Positions 1-8,273 of a DNA stretch of 39,712 bases are shown one piece after another; position 1 is the first letter of the stretch, and the number at the start of each line of letters is the position of its first letter. The stretch is from Acidobacteriaceae bacterium (GTDB lineage Bacteria > Acidobacteriota > Terriglobia > Terriglobales > Acidobacteriaceae), in assembly GCA_003165935.1 (NCBI GenBank), contig PMXB01000039.1:3713-43424 (forward strand), written 5' to 3'. A program made the translations under genes and the position numbers. Under the pieces are notes generated by a model that ran no database searches, was not told the origin of the DNA, and saw only the letters and a list, made by a program, of their open reading frames with translations.

Positions 1-225
1 TTTCCGATGGACATGGTGATCTTTACGGGCGTAGAGAGCGAAGAGGAGTTCAAGCATAAACGGCCCGAGGAATTCGACGCGCTGGTGAAGGCAGGAAAGC
101 TGGAGTCGCGGCTTGGACCTGCGCCGGCAACGTGGTGGATCAACTTTGCACGGGTAATTGGATTCACGGCAATCTTGATTGGGCTGACGCTGCTGGTGCT
201 GACGCTGAGTGCGTACTTCACGTAG
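1..225 (+). CDS. C-terminal fragment of a CbcL-like multiheme cytochrome c / cytochrome b membrane protein (5' truncated by the window)
   Basis: Frame is open from base 1 (FPMDMVIFTG...EEFKHKRPEEF...). It ends in a TM helix (VIGFTAILIGLTLLVLTL), which resembles the tail of CbcL-type cytochrome b domains. It lies directly upstream of a related gene. Confidence 0.65.
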   Translation, partial: FPMDMVIFTGVESEEEFKHKRPEEFDALVKAGKLESRLGPAPATWWINFARVIGFTAILIGLTLLVLTLSAYFT

Positions 226-226
226 G

Positions 227-254
227 CCCAGGGCCCAGGGTTCAGGGGCCAGGG
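227..254 (+). repeat. Heptamer tandem repeat (nnCAGGG x4), also matching a G-quadruplex pattern
   Basis: cccaggg-cccaggg-ttcaggg-gccaggg immediately after the stop codon. Confidence 0.6.
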
Positions 255-477
255 ACTAGCAAATGGTGCTGAGCGATGCGCGCAAGTCAAAAAGCAAATT
301 CGTAAATTGATTTGCGCGCGTCGTACGGGCTATCGAGTAATTGGGGAGCGTTCGAGTGGATCTCTTGGGGCATCTGGGCGGGGCGTGGGGGAAAGTGTCG
401 GTTGGGGCGGGGGTTCCATACACAGGCAGTGATTCGAGTCACTGAGGGGCGGCACAAATGAGAGTCTTCTCGTAGGC

Positions 478-2430
478 GTGAACAGGGATAGAAGTGTCTA
501 CTCTCAAACGTCTGTTGTGATGCGGGCGATGTTTGCCTTCGCGGTCATTGTGGTGGTTTCCGGTGGGGCTTGCGCTTCGTTTGCAGCGCCGAAGCCAAAG
601 GATCAGGAGTGTCTGGCTTGTCACGGAGACAAGACACTGACCACGACCGAGAACGGCAAAACTGTCAGCTTGTACGTCGATTCCGACAAGTTCAAGCACT
701 CGACGCACAGCCGGTTGTTTGGATGCGTGGACTGCCACACCGATGTGAAAGAGGCTGTACACACGACAACTCCAATGAAGGTGGAGTGCGGGACGTGCCA
801 CGAGAAAGAGCAGGCAGCCTGGCAAGGGGGCATGCACGCACGGGATAAGAGCAAGGGCGCGACGTGCGTCGATTGCCACGGGGATGCGCACGAGATTACG
901 GGCGGGGGCGATCCGAAATCGCTTGTAAGTCATGCGATGATTCCGGCGACGTGCGGGCGGTGCCATGGGCAGAAGTTTGTGGTGGGCGCGGACGGAGTGA
1001 GCGCGCAGACCTACATGAACTACCAGGAGAGCGTTCACGGGAAGGCCATTGCGAATGGCTCGACCAAAGCGGCCGTATGCACGGACTGCCATGGAGACCA
1101 CGAGATTCTGGCTGCGAATAATGACAAGTCACCGATCAACAAGTTCAATGTGCCGCAGACGTGCGGAAAGTGCCACGTACAGATTTCGCAGACCTTCATG
1201 CAGAGCATTCATGGGCAGGGGATTGCGAAGGGGAACGGTCTAGCGCCGTCGTGCACGGATTGCCACGGGATTCACTCGATCAAGTCGCACCTGGATCCGA
1301 ACTCGTCAGTCAGCGAGCAGAATGTGGCGCGAACGACGTGTGCGCGGTGCCATGAAGGCGTGCGGCTTTCGCAGGAGTTCGGTTTCGCGGGGAACCGTGA
1401 GTCGACCTACCTGGACAGTTATCACGGGCTGGCGACGCAGGGCGGGTCGGTAGTGGTGGCCAACTGCGCGAGCTGCCATGGGGTGCACAACATTTTGCCT
1501 TCGAGCGATCCGCGGTCGACCATCAACAAGGCAAACCTGGATGTGACGTGCGGGCAATGCCACAAGGGCGTGACGCAGAAGTTTACGCAGACCAAAGTGC
1601 ACATGGATAGCGGGGTTTCAAAGGACGTTGGATCGATTGTGGTGAAGTGGATTCGCTGGATCTATCTGTTGCTGATCTTTGGCGTTATTGGCGCTATGGC
1701 GCTGCACAACGGAATCATCTGGCGGAGCAAGACCGCAAAGATCCGCGCGATGCAGAATCCGATGATGACGCGGATGAGCACAAACCAGCGTTGGCAGCAC
1801 CTGGTGCTGCTGACGAGCTTTATTGTGCTGGTGCTGACGGGATTCGCGCTGAAGTTTCCGCACTCGTGGTTTGCGCAGGTGCTGGCGTTAGGCGAGATTA
1901 CGCGCAGCGTCACGCATCGCGTGGCGGGCGTGGTGCTGATTGCCGCGGGGATCTATCACGTGATCTATCTGGCGATGCTTGCGGAAGGACGGAGGCTGAT
2001 TCGGGACCTGACGCCGCGGCCGAAAGACGTGACCGATGCCTGGGGTACGATGCTCTACCACCTGGGACTGCGGAAGGACCGGCCGCAATTTGGACGATTC
2101 ACCTACGGGGAGAAGGCTGAGTACTGGGCGCTGGTTTGGGGCACGGCGCTGATGGGGCTGACAGGGATTATGCTGTGGGCCAAGGTATGGGTGGGGAACT
2201 TGCTGGCGCGGTGGTGGGTGGATGCGGCGACGGCAGTGCACTACTACGAGGCGATCCTGGCCACGCTGGCGATTGTGGTGTGGCACTTCTACCAGGTGAT
2301 CTTCGATCCGGATGTGTATCCGATGAATATGGCGTGGTGGGACGGGAAGATGCCGGTGGAGAAGTACAAGCACGAGCATGGGGCGGATGTGGAGACGTTG
2401 AAGAACGAGGGTGAAGGAAAAATGGAGTAG
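478..2430 (+). CDS. Multiheme cytochrome c (11 CxxCH) fused to an FdnI/cytochrome b-type membrane domain, CbcL-like
   Basis: N-terminal signal peptide (alternative start ATG 520). Heme motifs: CLACH, CVDCH, CGTCH, CVDCH, CGRCH, CTDCH, CGKCH, CTDCH, CARCH, CASCH, CGQCH. C-terminal TM helices carry His ligand candidates (QRWQH, THR, YH, VHYYEA, WHFY) and a GRFTYGEKAEYW motif. Confidence 0.9.
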   Translation: MNRDRSVYSQTSVVMRAMFAFAVIVVVSGGACASFAAPKPKDQECLACHGDKTLTTTENGKTVSLYVDSDKFKHSTHSRLFGCVDCHTDVKEAVHTTTPMKVECGTCHEKEQAAWQGGMHARDKSKGATCVDCHGDAHEITGGGDPKSLVSHAMIPATCGRCHGQKFVVGADGVSAQTYMNYQESVHGKAIANGSTKAAVCTDCHGDHEILAANNDKSPINKFNVPQTCGKCHVQISQTFMQSIHGQGIAKGNGLAPSCTDCHGIHSIKSHLDPNSSVSEQNVARTTCARCHEGVRLSQEFGFAGNRESTYLDSYHGLATQGGSVVVANCASCHGVHNILPSSDPRSTINKANLDVTCGQCHKGVTQKFTQTKVHMDSGVSKDVGSIVVKWIRWIYLLLIFGVIGAMALHNGIIWRSKTAKIRAMQNPMMTRMSTNQRWQHLVLLTSFIVLVLTGFALKFPHSWFAQVLALGEITRSVTHRVAGVVLIAAGIYHVIYLAMLAEGRRLIRDLTPRPKDVTDAWGTMLYHLGLRKDRPQFGRFTYGEKAEYWALVWGTALMGLTGIMLWAKVWVGNLLARWWVDAATAVHYYEAILATLAIVVWHFYQVIFDPDVYPMNMAWWDGKMPVEKYKHEHGADVETLKNEGEGKME

Positions 2431-2463
2431 GGACGTAGGGACTCGACGGCTAGTGGCGCGGGA

Positions 2464-2781
2464 CTAGTCGTCGAGTACGTTCGAGTCGTTTAGCTTGCAT
2501 TCAGGGAAGTTCTTCCTGGGGAAATTGGGGTGCTTCCCGTCGTATTCGAGCGGTTCTGATTTCAGGGTCGTTCCAAGCTCTTTCATAACAAGAATTGTGT
2601 TTTCGTGGTACCACGGGGCATCGGGCCTGTCAGGGCTGTCGCTCGGCATCGGTTCGAGTCCCGTATATACGCCATCTGCAACCGGCGAAGCCGCGATTAG
2701 TTTGGCCGTGGATGCGGCTTGCGTGAGAGCAGGCAAAGCGAGTCCCAGAAACAAGATCGATATCTTTGGGATTGGGTTCAT
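2464..2781 (-). CDS. Hypothetical small secreted protein
   Basis: Signal-peptide-like N-terminus (MNPIPKISILFLGLALPALTQA). TACATT lies 6 nt before ATG 2781, supporting this start. Confidence 0.55.
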   Translation of the reverse strand: MNPIPKISILFLGLALPALTQAASTAKLIAASPVADGVYTGLEPMPSDSPDRPDAPWYHENTILVMKELGTTLKSEPLEYDGKHPNFPRKNFPECKLNDSNVLDD

Positions 2782-2802
2782 GGGAGCAATGTACACCTGA
2801 CC

Positions 2803-2839
2803 AAAGAAAAAGGGGAGCGGTCGATGGGCTGCTCCCCTT
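2803..2839 (-). terminator. Rho-independent terminator after the bacilliredoxin gene
   Basis: Minus strand reads AAGGGGAGCAG-cccatcga-CCGCTCCCCTT followed by TTTCTTT. Confidence 0.8.
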
Positions 2840-2874
2840 CTGCTTCGTTGTCCGGAACCGGACTTTGATCCGTT

Positions 2875-3303
2875 CTATGCAGTCGTCTTGGCGCAGAACT
2901 CGTCGAAGGCGCGAACCAGTTCTCCCGCAATCTGCTGGGCCGTAGCCTGCTCAATAACAAAACGCTGCATCAGGTAGACCAGTTTTCCATCGCGGAGAAT
3001 GGCAATGGCCGGCGAAGTGGGTGGTTGAGGGGCAAAGTATTCGCGCGCACGCTCGGTGGCTTCGCGATCCTGGCCAGCGAACACCGTAATCTTGTGGTCG
3101 GGCGCATTTGCGGAGTTGGCCAGTGCCAGCCGCACGCCGGGGCGCATCTTGCCGGCGGCGCAGCCGCAGATCGAGTTCACAACCAGCAGGGTGGTTCCGG
3201 GCTGGGCGAGCGCCGCATCCACGTCTTCGGCGGTGCGGGTTTCTTTGATCCCGGCGCGGGTCAGTTCCTCGCGCATGGGAATTACCATCAGTTCTGGGTA
3301 CAT
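2875..3303 (-). CDS. BrxA/BrxB (YphP/YqiW, DUF1094) family bacilliredoxin
   Basis: MYPELMVIPMREEL start, NSICGCAAG (CGC active site), TVFAGQDREAT and PTSPAIA motifs. Confidence 0.92.
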   Translation of the reverse strand: MYPELMVIPMREELTRAGIKETRTAEDVDAALAQPGTTLLVVNSICGCAAGKMRPGVRLALANSANAPDHKITVFAGQDREATERAREYFAPQPPTSPAIAILRDGKLVYLMQRFVIEQATAQQIAGELVRAFDEFCAKTTA

Positions 3304-3372
3304 GTATGCCTCCGGCTGGGAAATCGCCTGTCCCTATTTTAACGTGAAACGGCAATTCTGGTGTTCTTGACC

Positions 3373-4458
3373 ATGCAGATAGAAGAAAACAAGTCGCTGG
3401 CCCCCCTAACCACCTTTCGGATCGGCGGTGCGGCTCGGTGGTACGTCGAGGCCTTGTCGGAAGACGACGTTGTCGAGGCGACCAGATGGGCAGAAAAGCA
3501 AAGGGCGCCACTTCTCGTTCTCGGTGGCGGCAGCAATTTGCTGGTATCGGACTCTGGTTTTAATGGACTGGTTCTACGGATCGGGCTCAAGGGAATCAGG
3601 GTATTTGTGAATGAAAATCCCAAAAGAGAGCTCGACGATCCCCGGGGCTATGACGTTGCCGCCGGTGAGGATTGGGACCAGTTTGTTCAGCGTGCTGTCG
3701 ACGATGAATGCGCGGGAATCGAGTGCCTTGCCGGCATTCCCGGTACTGTTGGCGGAACTCCGGTCCAGAATGTGGGCGCATACGGGCAGGAAGTATCAAC
3801 AACGATTGCTTCTGTCAGAGCATTGGACCTGCATGAAGGAGTTTTTCGTTTTTTCAGCAACTCCGATTGCGAGTTTGCCTATCGCAAGAGCCGGTTCAAC
3901 GCCGAGGAACGTGGACGATACATTGTGACACGTGTTGTCTTCGCCTTGCGGCCTGGCGGCGCGCCAGAGATCAAATACAACGAGCTGAAATGGGCCCTTG
4001 ATGCGGTGACTCCAACCGGGGTTCAGCCAACGCTGGCAGAAGTCGCGGCAGCGGTACGGCGGCTGCGCCAGAACAAGGGGATGCTGCTTGTCGAAGGCGA
4101 TCCGAACTGCCGGAGCGCTGGTAGTTTCTTCAAGAACCCGGTCGTAACCGCTTCGCAGGCAATGGATATTGCGGCAATATGTGACAAGGAACCTCCGCGG
4201 TATCCAGCGGGCGCAGGTGGACCCTCGGCGGACTTGGTCAAGATTCCCGCTGCGTGGCTCATCGAGCAGGCTGGATTCACAAAAGGATATCGATTGGGAG
4301 CTGCGGGGATCTCGTCGCGCCACACGCTTGCACTGGTCAACCTTGGCGGCGCAACGGCGCAGGAGATTCTGTCGCTTGCTTCGCAGATCACGGACGCGGT
4401 TGAAGGCCGATTTGGGATCCGACTTGAACGTGAACCTGTGCTTGTGGGCTTCGACTGA
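3373..4458 (+). CDS. murB: UDP-N-acetylmuramate dehydrogenase
   Basis: TTFRIGG, LGGGSNLL, GIPGTVGG..QNVGAYG, FAYRKS, SAGSFFKNP, HTLALVN and LEREP motifs. Confidence 0.96.
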   Translation: MQIEENKSLAPLTTFRIGGAARWYVEALSEDDVVEATRWAEKQRAPLLVLGGGSNLLVSDSGFNGLVLRIGLKGIRVFVNENPKRELDDPRGYDVAAGEDWDQFVQRAVDDECAGIECLAGIPGTVGGTPVQNVGAYGQEVSTTIASVRALDLHEGVFRFFSNSDCEFAYRKSRFNAEERGRYIVTRVVFALRPGGAPEIKYNELKWALDAVTPTGVQPTLAEVAAAVRRLRQNKGMLLVEGDPNCRSAGSFFKNPVVTASQAMDIAAICDKEPPRYPAGAGGPSADLVKIPAAWLIEQAGFTKGYRLGAAGISSRHTLALVNLGGATAQEILSLASQITDAVEGRFGIRLEREPVLVGFD

Positions 4459-4528
4459 GATCGCGGATTGCTCGCATTTCCCAAGGACGATGCGTTTGCG
4501 CAGAATTCAGGGTCCGGCGAAGTCGCTT

Positions 4529-4575
4529 AGGGCGAGGATGCCCTCAGGACAGCCGGTCCGGAGACCGGCGCTACA
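4529..4575 (-). repeat. REP-like double-hairpin element starting with GTAG, between convergent genes
   Basis: Minus strand: tGTAGc-GCCGGTC-tccg-GACCGGC-tgtcctg-AGGGC-atcctc-GCCCT. Confidence 0.6.
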
Positions 4576-4620
4576 ACTTTCGGCAGCCTGTGAGAAATGC
4601 AGGCTCGTACCTGGATATTC

Positions 4621-5340
4621 CTATCTTCCGGCGATTCGAGCCAGCAGCCTCTGCCGCTCGTGCGCGAGCACCTGGTGCGCCGGTCCCTGCGCCTCAAGCT
4701 TGCCATCCATCAGAAGCACGACCGAAGCACCGGTCGCAAAGGCATCGGTCGCATCATGAGTTGCCATCAATGTCTGCACACGGTTTGCAGGCAGCCAACG
4801 CTGAAGCCTATCGAGCAGCGCATCGCTGGCCGCGCCGTCGAGCGCTGAGAACGGTTCATCGAGCAGCAACAGTCGCGGGCGCGGAGCCAGCGCGCGGGCC
4901 AACGCAATGCGCTGCGCCTCGCCGCCTGAAAGCTCCCTCGTCCGCCGTTTCACCAGGGACGTCGCGTCGACCAGTTCCAGCATCTCTTCGACGCGTGCCT
5001 TGCGGCTCTTTCGATCGAGGCCGCGAAGGCCATACTCAATGTTGGCGACAACGCCCAAATGGGGGAACAGCGATGGTTGCTGCGCTACGAGCGAGGTCTG
5101 ACGTTTCCCCGGCGGCAATGCAAACCCGTTTGCCGAATCCGTAAGCGTTTGTCCGTCCAGCGATATCTTTGCGCGCTCAGGTCCATGAGCCGCTGGTAGG
5201 TCGAGCCCAGCCATGACGCGCAGGAGCGTGCTTTTGCCGGAGCCAGACGGGCCAAACAGCACTGTCCAGTCGGAAAGAAGCAGGCTATCCACCTCAAGCC
5301 AGAAGCTGCCCCGCCGCGCCTTGATTGAGATCTCAACCAC
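4621..5340 (-). CDS. modC: Molybdate ABC transporter ATP-binding protein (short, no TOBE domain)
   Basis: GPSGSGKST, LFPHL, LSGGEAQR and LLLDEPFSALD motifs; overlaps modB. Confidence 0.9.
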   Translation of the reverse strand: MVEISIKARRGSFWLEVDSLLLSDWTVLFGPSGSGKSTLLRVMAGLDLPAAHGPERAKISLDGQTLTDSANGFALPPGKRQTSLVAQQPSLFPHLGVVANIEYGLRGLDRKSRKARVEEMLELVDATSLVKRRTRELSGGEAQRIALARALAPRPRLLLLDEPFSALDGAASDALLDRLQRWLPANRVQTLMATHDATDAFATGASVVLLMDGKLEAQGPAHQVLAHERQRLLARIAGR

Positions 5341-6001
5341 GGCGACCTCCCCGCGGTCGCCAGCCGACGTAAATCACGGCAAGCGCCAGGACGCTGAGCG
5401 CAAAGAGGACCGCCGACGTCCGGGCCGCGGCCCCGTAATCAAAGTTTTCCACCTGGTTGTACAGAACAATCGAAAGGGTGCGCGTTGCACCGGGAATATC
5501 GCCTCCGAGCATCAAGACCACACCAAATTCGCCAATAGTATGCAGAAAGCTCAATACCGCAGCGACCAGCAGAGACCGTTTTGCAAGTGGAACCAGGAGG
5601 CTGAGGACCACGCGCGCAGGACCTGCTCCCAACAGCCGCGCAGCATCCACGTAGGCCGTCTCAACCGCCGCGAACCCAGCAACAAGTGGCTGCACAGCGA
5701 ACGGCAGACTGTAAATCACGGATCCAACCACAAGGCCGGTGAAGGAGAACGCCAGTGGATGGCCCAGGATCGCGGCAATGGCCCGCCCGAACATGGTCCT
5801 CGGTCCCAGGAGGACCAGCAGGAAAAACCCCAGTACGGTGGGAGGAAGCACGAGGGGCAGCGCGGCAATTGCCTCAACCACCCCGCGCCAACGGCTGCGG
5901 CCCAGCACCAGCCACGCCGCCATTGGAACGGCCACCGCAACCAGAATTGCCGTTGTGATTGCAGCGAGCTTCAGGGTGAGTGCGAATGCTTGCCAGTCCA
6001 T
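5333..6001 (-). CDS. modB: Molybdate ABC transporter permease
   Basis: LPLVLPPTVLGF, YSLPF and HTIGEFGVVLMLGG motifs. Confidence 0.95.
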   Translation of the reverse strand: MDWQAFALTLKLAAITTAILVAVAVPMAAWLVLGRSRWRGVVEAIAALPLVLPPTVLGFFLLVLLGPRTMFGRAIAAILGHPLAFSFTGLVVGSVIYSLPFAVQPLVAGFAAVETAYVDAARLLGAGPARVVLSLLVPLAKRSLLVAAVLSFLHTIGEFGVVLMLGGDIPGATRTLSIVLYNQVENFDYGAAARTSAVLFALSVLALAVIYVGWRPRGGRRG

Positions 6002-6006
6002 TTGTT

Positions 6007-6843
6007 CTACTTCACAGGTGTCAGCCCGCCTTTGGCAAGCTGAGCCTGAATTGGATCTGAGAGTAGAAAGTCGAGAAGCTTGTGCGCCGCGATGCGCTGG
6101 CTGGTGCTGCTCACGATGACTGCACCCTGCTCAATCGGCGGATACAGGTCGCGGGGAATGACGAAGTAGGCGCCCGATGCTGAAAGGCGGGGTGTCATCG
6201 CGGATGTAAGCGAGATCAGACCCGCATCGGCATTGCCTGAGTCAACGAACTGCGCCGCTTGTGAGATGTTTTCCGCGGTCACGAGGCGCGGCTTGAGGGT
6301 GTCGTAGAGCTTCAGACTGGTCAGTGCCGCAACCGCCGCACGGCCATAAGGCGCACGATCCGGATTGGCGATCGCCAGCCGTTTCAAGTCCTGACCCCTG
6401 AGCAAGTCGAGCGATGGAGCGGGAAGATGCGAGTCTTTGCGCGTCCACAGGACCAGTGTTCCGCGCGCGTAGACGATCGGTGTGGTCGAATCGGCGGTGC
6501 CTGCCGCATCCGCCAGCCCAGCATCGATCAACTTCTTGGGATAACCGAGATCGGCGGAGAGGAACAGATCGAAGGGCGCGCCGTTCTGAATCTGCATGGC
6601 GAGAGCCGCCGAGGCCTGGAAGGTCGCCTCGGCGTGGATACCGGTAGCTTTCTGGAACTGTTCGAGAATTGGCGGCAACAACGGCTCAAGGTCCGCTGCA
6701 GCGGCAACGCGAAGGGGCGTCTGAGCTGGGGCAGGGAAGACAGTTCCCGCGAATGCGACGGCAACCGCCAGGGCCGAAAAGAGCGACCGCGTGCCTCCAA
6801 CTCGAACGAGTTTGGCGGATTCACATGGGGAAGAAAGCATCAT
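6007..6843 (-). CDS. modA: Molybdate ABC transporter substrate-binding protein
   Basis: Signal peptide; VAAAADL, QIQNGAPFDLFLSA, IANPDRAPYG and ENISQA motifs. Confidence 0.95.
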   Translation of the reverse strand: MMLSSPCESAKLVRVGGTRSLFSALAVAVAFAGTVFPAPAQTPLRVAAAADLEPLLPPILEQFQKATGIHAEATFQASAALAMQIQNGAPFDLFLSADLGYPKKLIDAGLADAAGTADSTTPIVYARGTLVLWTRKDSHLPAPSLDLLRGQDLKRLAIANPDRAPYGRAAVAALTSLKLYDTLKPRLVTAENISQAAQFVDSGNADAGLISLTSAMTPRLSASGAYFVIPRDLYPPIEQGAVIVSSTSQRIAAHKLLDFLLSDPIQAQLAKGGLTPVK

Positions 6844-6881
6844 AGGAGGAACCTCTCCACGAGCGCAAAACGTGCTCGCAC

Positions 6882-6910
6882 TGTTAGGCTAACAACAGGA
6901 TAGGCTAACA
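6882..6910. promoter_or_regulatory. Candidate operator in the divergent modA/thrC promoter
   Basis: Perfect palindrome TGTTAG-G-CTAACA (6882-6894) and direct repeat TAGGCTAACA (6885-6894, 6901-6910). Confidence 0.45.
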
Positions 6911-6917
6911 CTTGGGC

Positions 6918-8273
6918 ATGAACGACAATCTTCATCAACTACGCTGTTTCGGCTGCGGTTCGCAGATCGTGGCTTCCGACTCCAAGCCCGATTTTCGGTG
7001 CTCCATTTGTGGGGACCTATTTGAGGTGGAGTACCCCGGCTGGCAGGCGCGCAAGGGGCCCGACCGCCCCAACGCGGGCGCATTGAAATGGCTGTGGCGC
7101 GAGCGTCGGATGTCGACCGAGGCGCTCGACCAATCCGGTGTATGGCGTTTTCGCGAGCTTCTCCCTATTCTCAACAACTTCGGCAACGCCGTAACTCTGC
7201 GCGAGGGGAATACGCCGCTTTACCATCTTCCCCGCGCCGCTCGGGCACTCGGCATCGACCAGCTTTACGCCAAGCATCAGGGTATGAACCCGACCGGCTC
7301 TTTTAAAGACACCGGAATGACGACGGCTCTCAGCGTTGCCCGCGAGCGAGGCTTCGAGTGGGTCGCCTGCGCCTCAACAGGGAATACCTCTGCGGCCATG
7401 GCCGCCTATGCGGCGCGCGCAGGTCTGCGCAGCCTGGTGCTCATCCCTGACGGCAAAATTGCCTGGGGCAAACTGGCTCAGGCGATGGATTATGGCGCGG
7501 TTACCTGCCAGGTGAAGACCGACTTCGATGGATGCGTTCGTGTCCTCACACAGGTCGTGAAGGCAGCACACATCTACTTGCTCAACTCCGTCAATCCTTA
7601 TCGTCTCGAAGGACAAAAGACACCCGCCTTCGAGTTGGCAGAGGCCTTCGATTGGAACGTCCCTGACCACGTAATCGTGCCGGGGGGCAACCTCGCGAAT
7701 AGTGCAGCTCTTGAAAAGGGCTTCCGCGAGATGGTCGAGCTGGGTCTGGTTGCGCGCATGCCGCGAATATCGGTGATTCAGGCTGCCGGAGCCAATCCGC
7801 TAGCTCGAAGTTTTGTGGAGAACGCTGGCACTGCGATGACACCGGTTGAAGCGCACACGCGAGCAACTGCAATTCGAATAGGAAACCCGGCGTCCTGGCG
7901 CAAAGCCGCGCGGGCTATTCAGACGACAGGCGGCTGGTGCCTCGACGTCACCGAGGCGGAGATTGCGATTGCCAAGGCCGAGATAGGCGCTGAAGGTCTC
8001 GGGTGTGAACCGGCCTCAGCAGTGACGCTGGCCGGACTGAGGAAGCTGCGCGCACAAGGCTCGATCGCTTCCGGCGAGACGGTGGTGCTCATTCTCACGG
8101 GCCACTCGCTGAAAGATGCTGACTACACGATCGACTTTCATCGTGGCGAGTTGCTGCGCGACGACGAGAAAATCGGCCACGAAGACGAGATCAACAAGCT
8201 GCGCCGCAATGCAGTGTCAGTAGAACCGACGATGGACGCTGTGCTTGCTGCGTTACGGGGCGTTGTGGGATGA
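6918..8273 (+). CDS. thrC: Threonine synthase (with N-terminal CxxC..CxxC zinc ribbon)
   Basis: EGNTPL, NPTGSFKD (PLP Lys), CASTGNTSA, LLNSVNPYRLEGQKT, VPGGNLAN and CEPASA motifs. Alternative start is TTG 6912. Confidence 0.95.
   Translation: MNDNLHQLRCFGCGSQIVASDSKPDFRCSICGDLFEVEYPGWQARKGPDRPNAGALKWLWRERRMSTEALDQSGVWRFRELLPILNNFGNAVTLREGNTPLYHLPRAARALGIDQLYAKHQGMNPTGSFKDTGMTTALSVARERGFEWVACASTGNTSAAMAAYAARAGLRSLVLIPDGKIAWGKLAQAMDYGAVTCQVKTDFDGCVRVLTQVVKAAHIYLLNSVNPYRLEGQKTPAFELAEAFDWNVPDHVIVPGGNLANSAALEKGFREMVELGLVARMPRISVIQAAGANPLARSFVENAGTAMTPVEAHTRATAIRIGNPASWRKAARAIQTTGGWCLDVTEAEIAIAKAEIGAEGLGCEPASAVTLAGLRKLRAQGSIASGETVVLILTGHSLKDADYTIDFHRGELLRDDEKIGHEDEINKLRRNAVSVEPTMDAVLAALRGVVG

Noticed and set aside
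6844-6911. Moco riboswitch or ModE box upstream of modA
   Set aside because: The spacer is too short for the Moco RNA motif, and no ModE-type consensus is visible.
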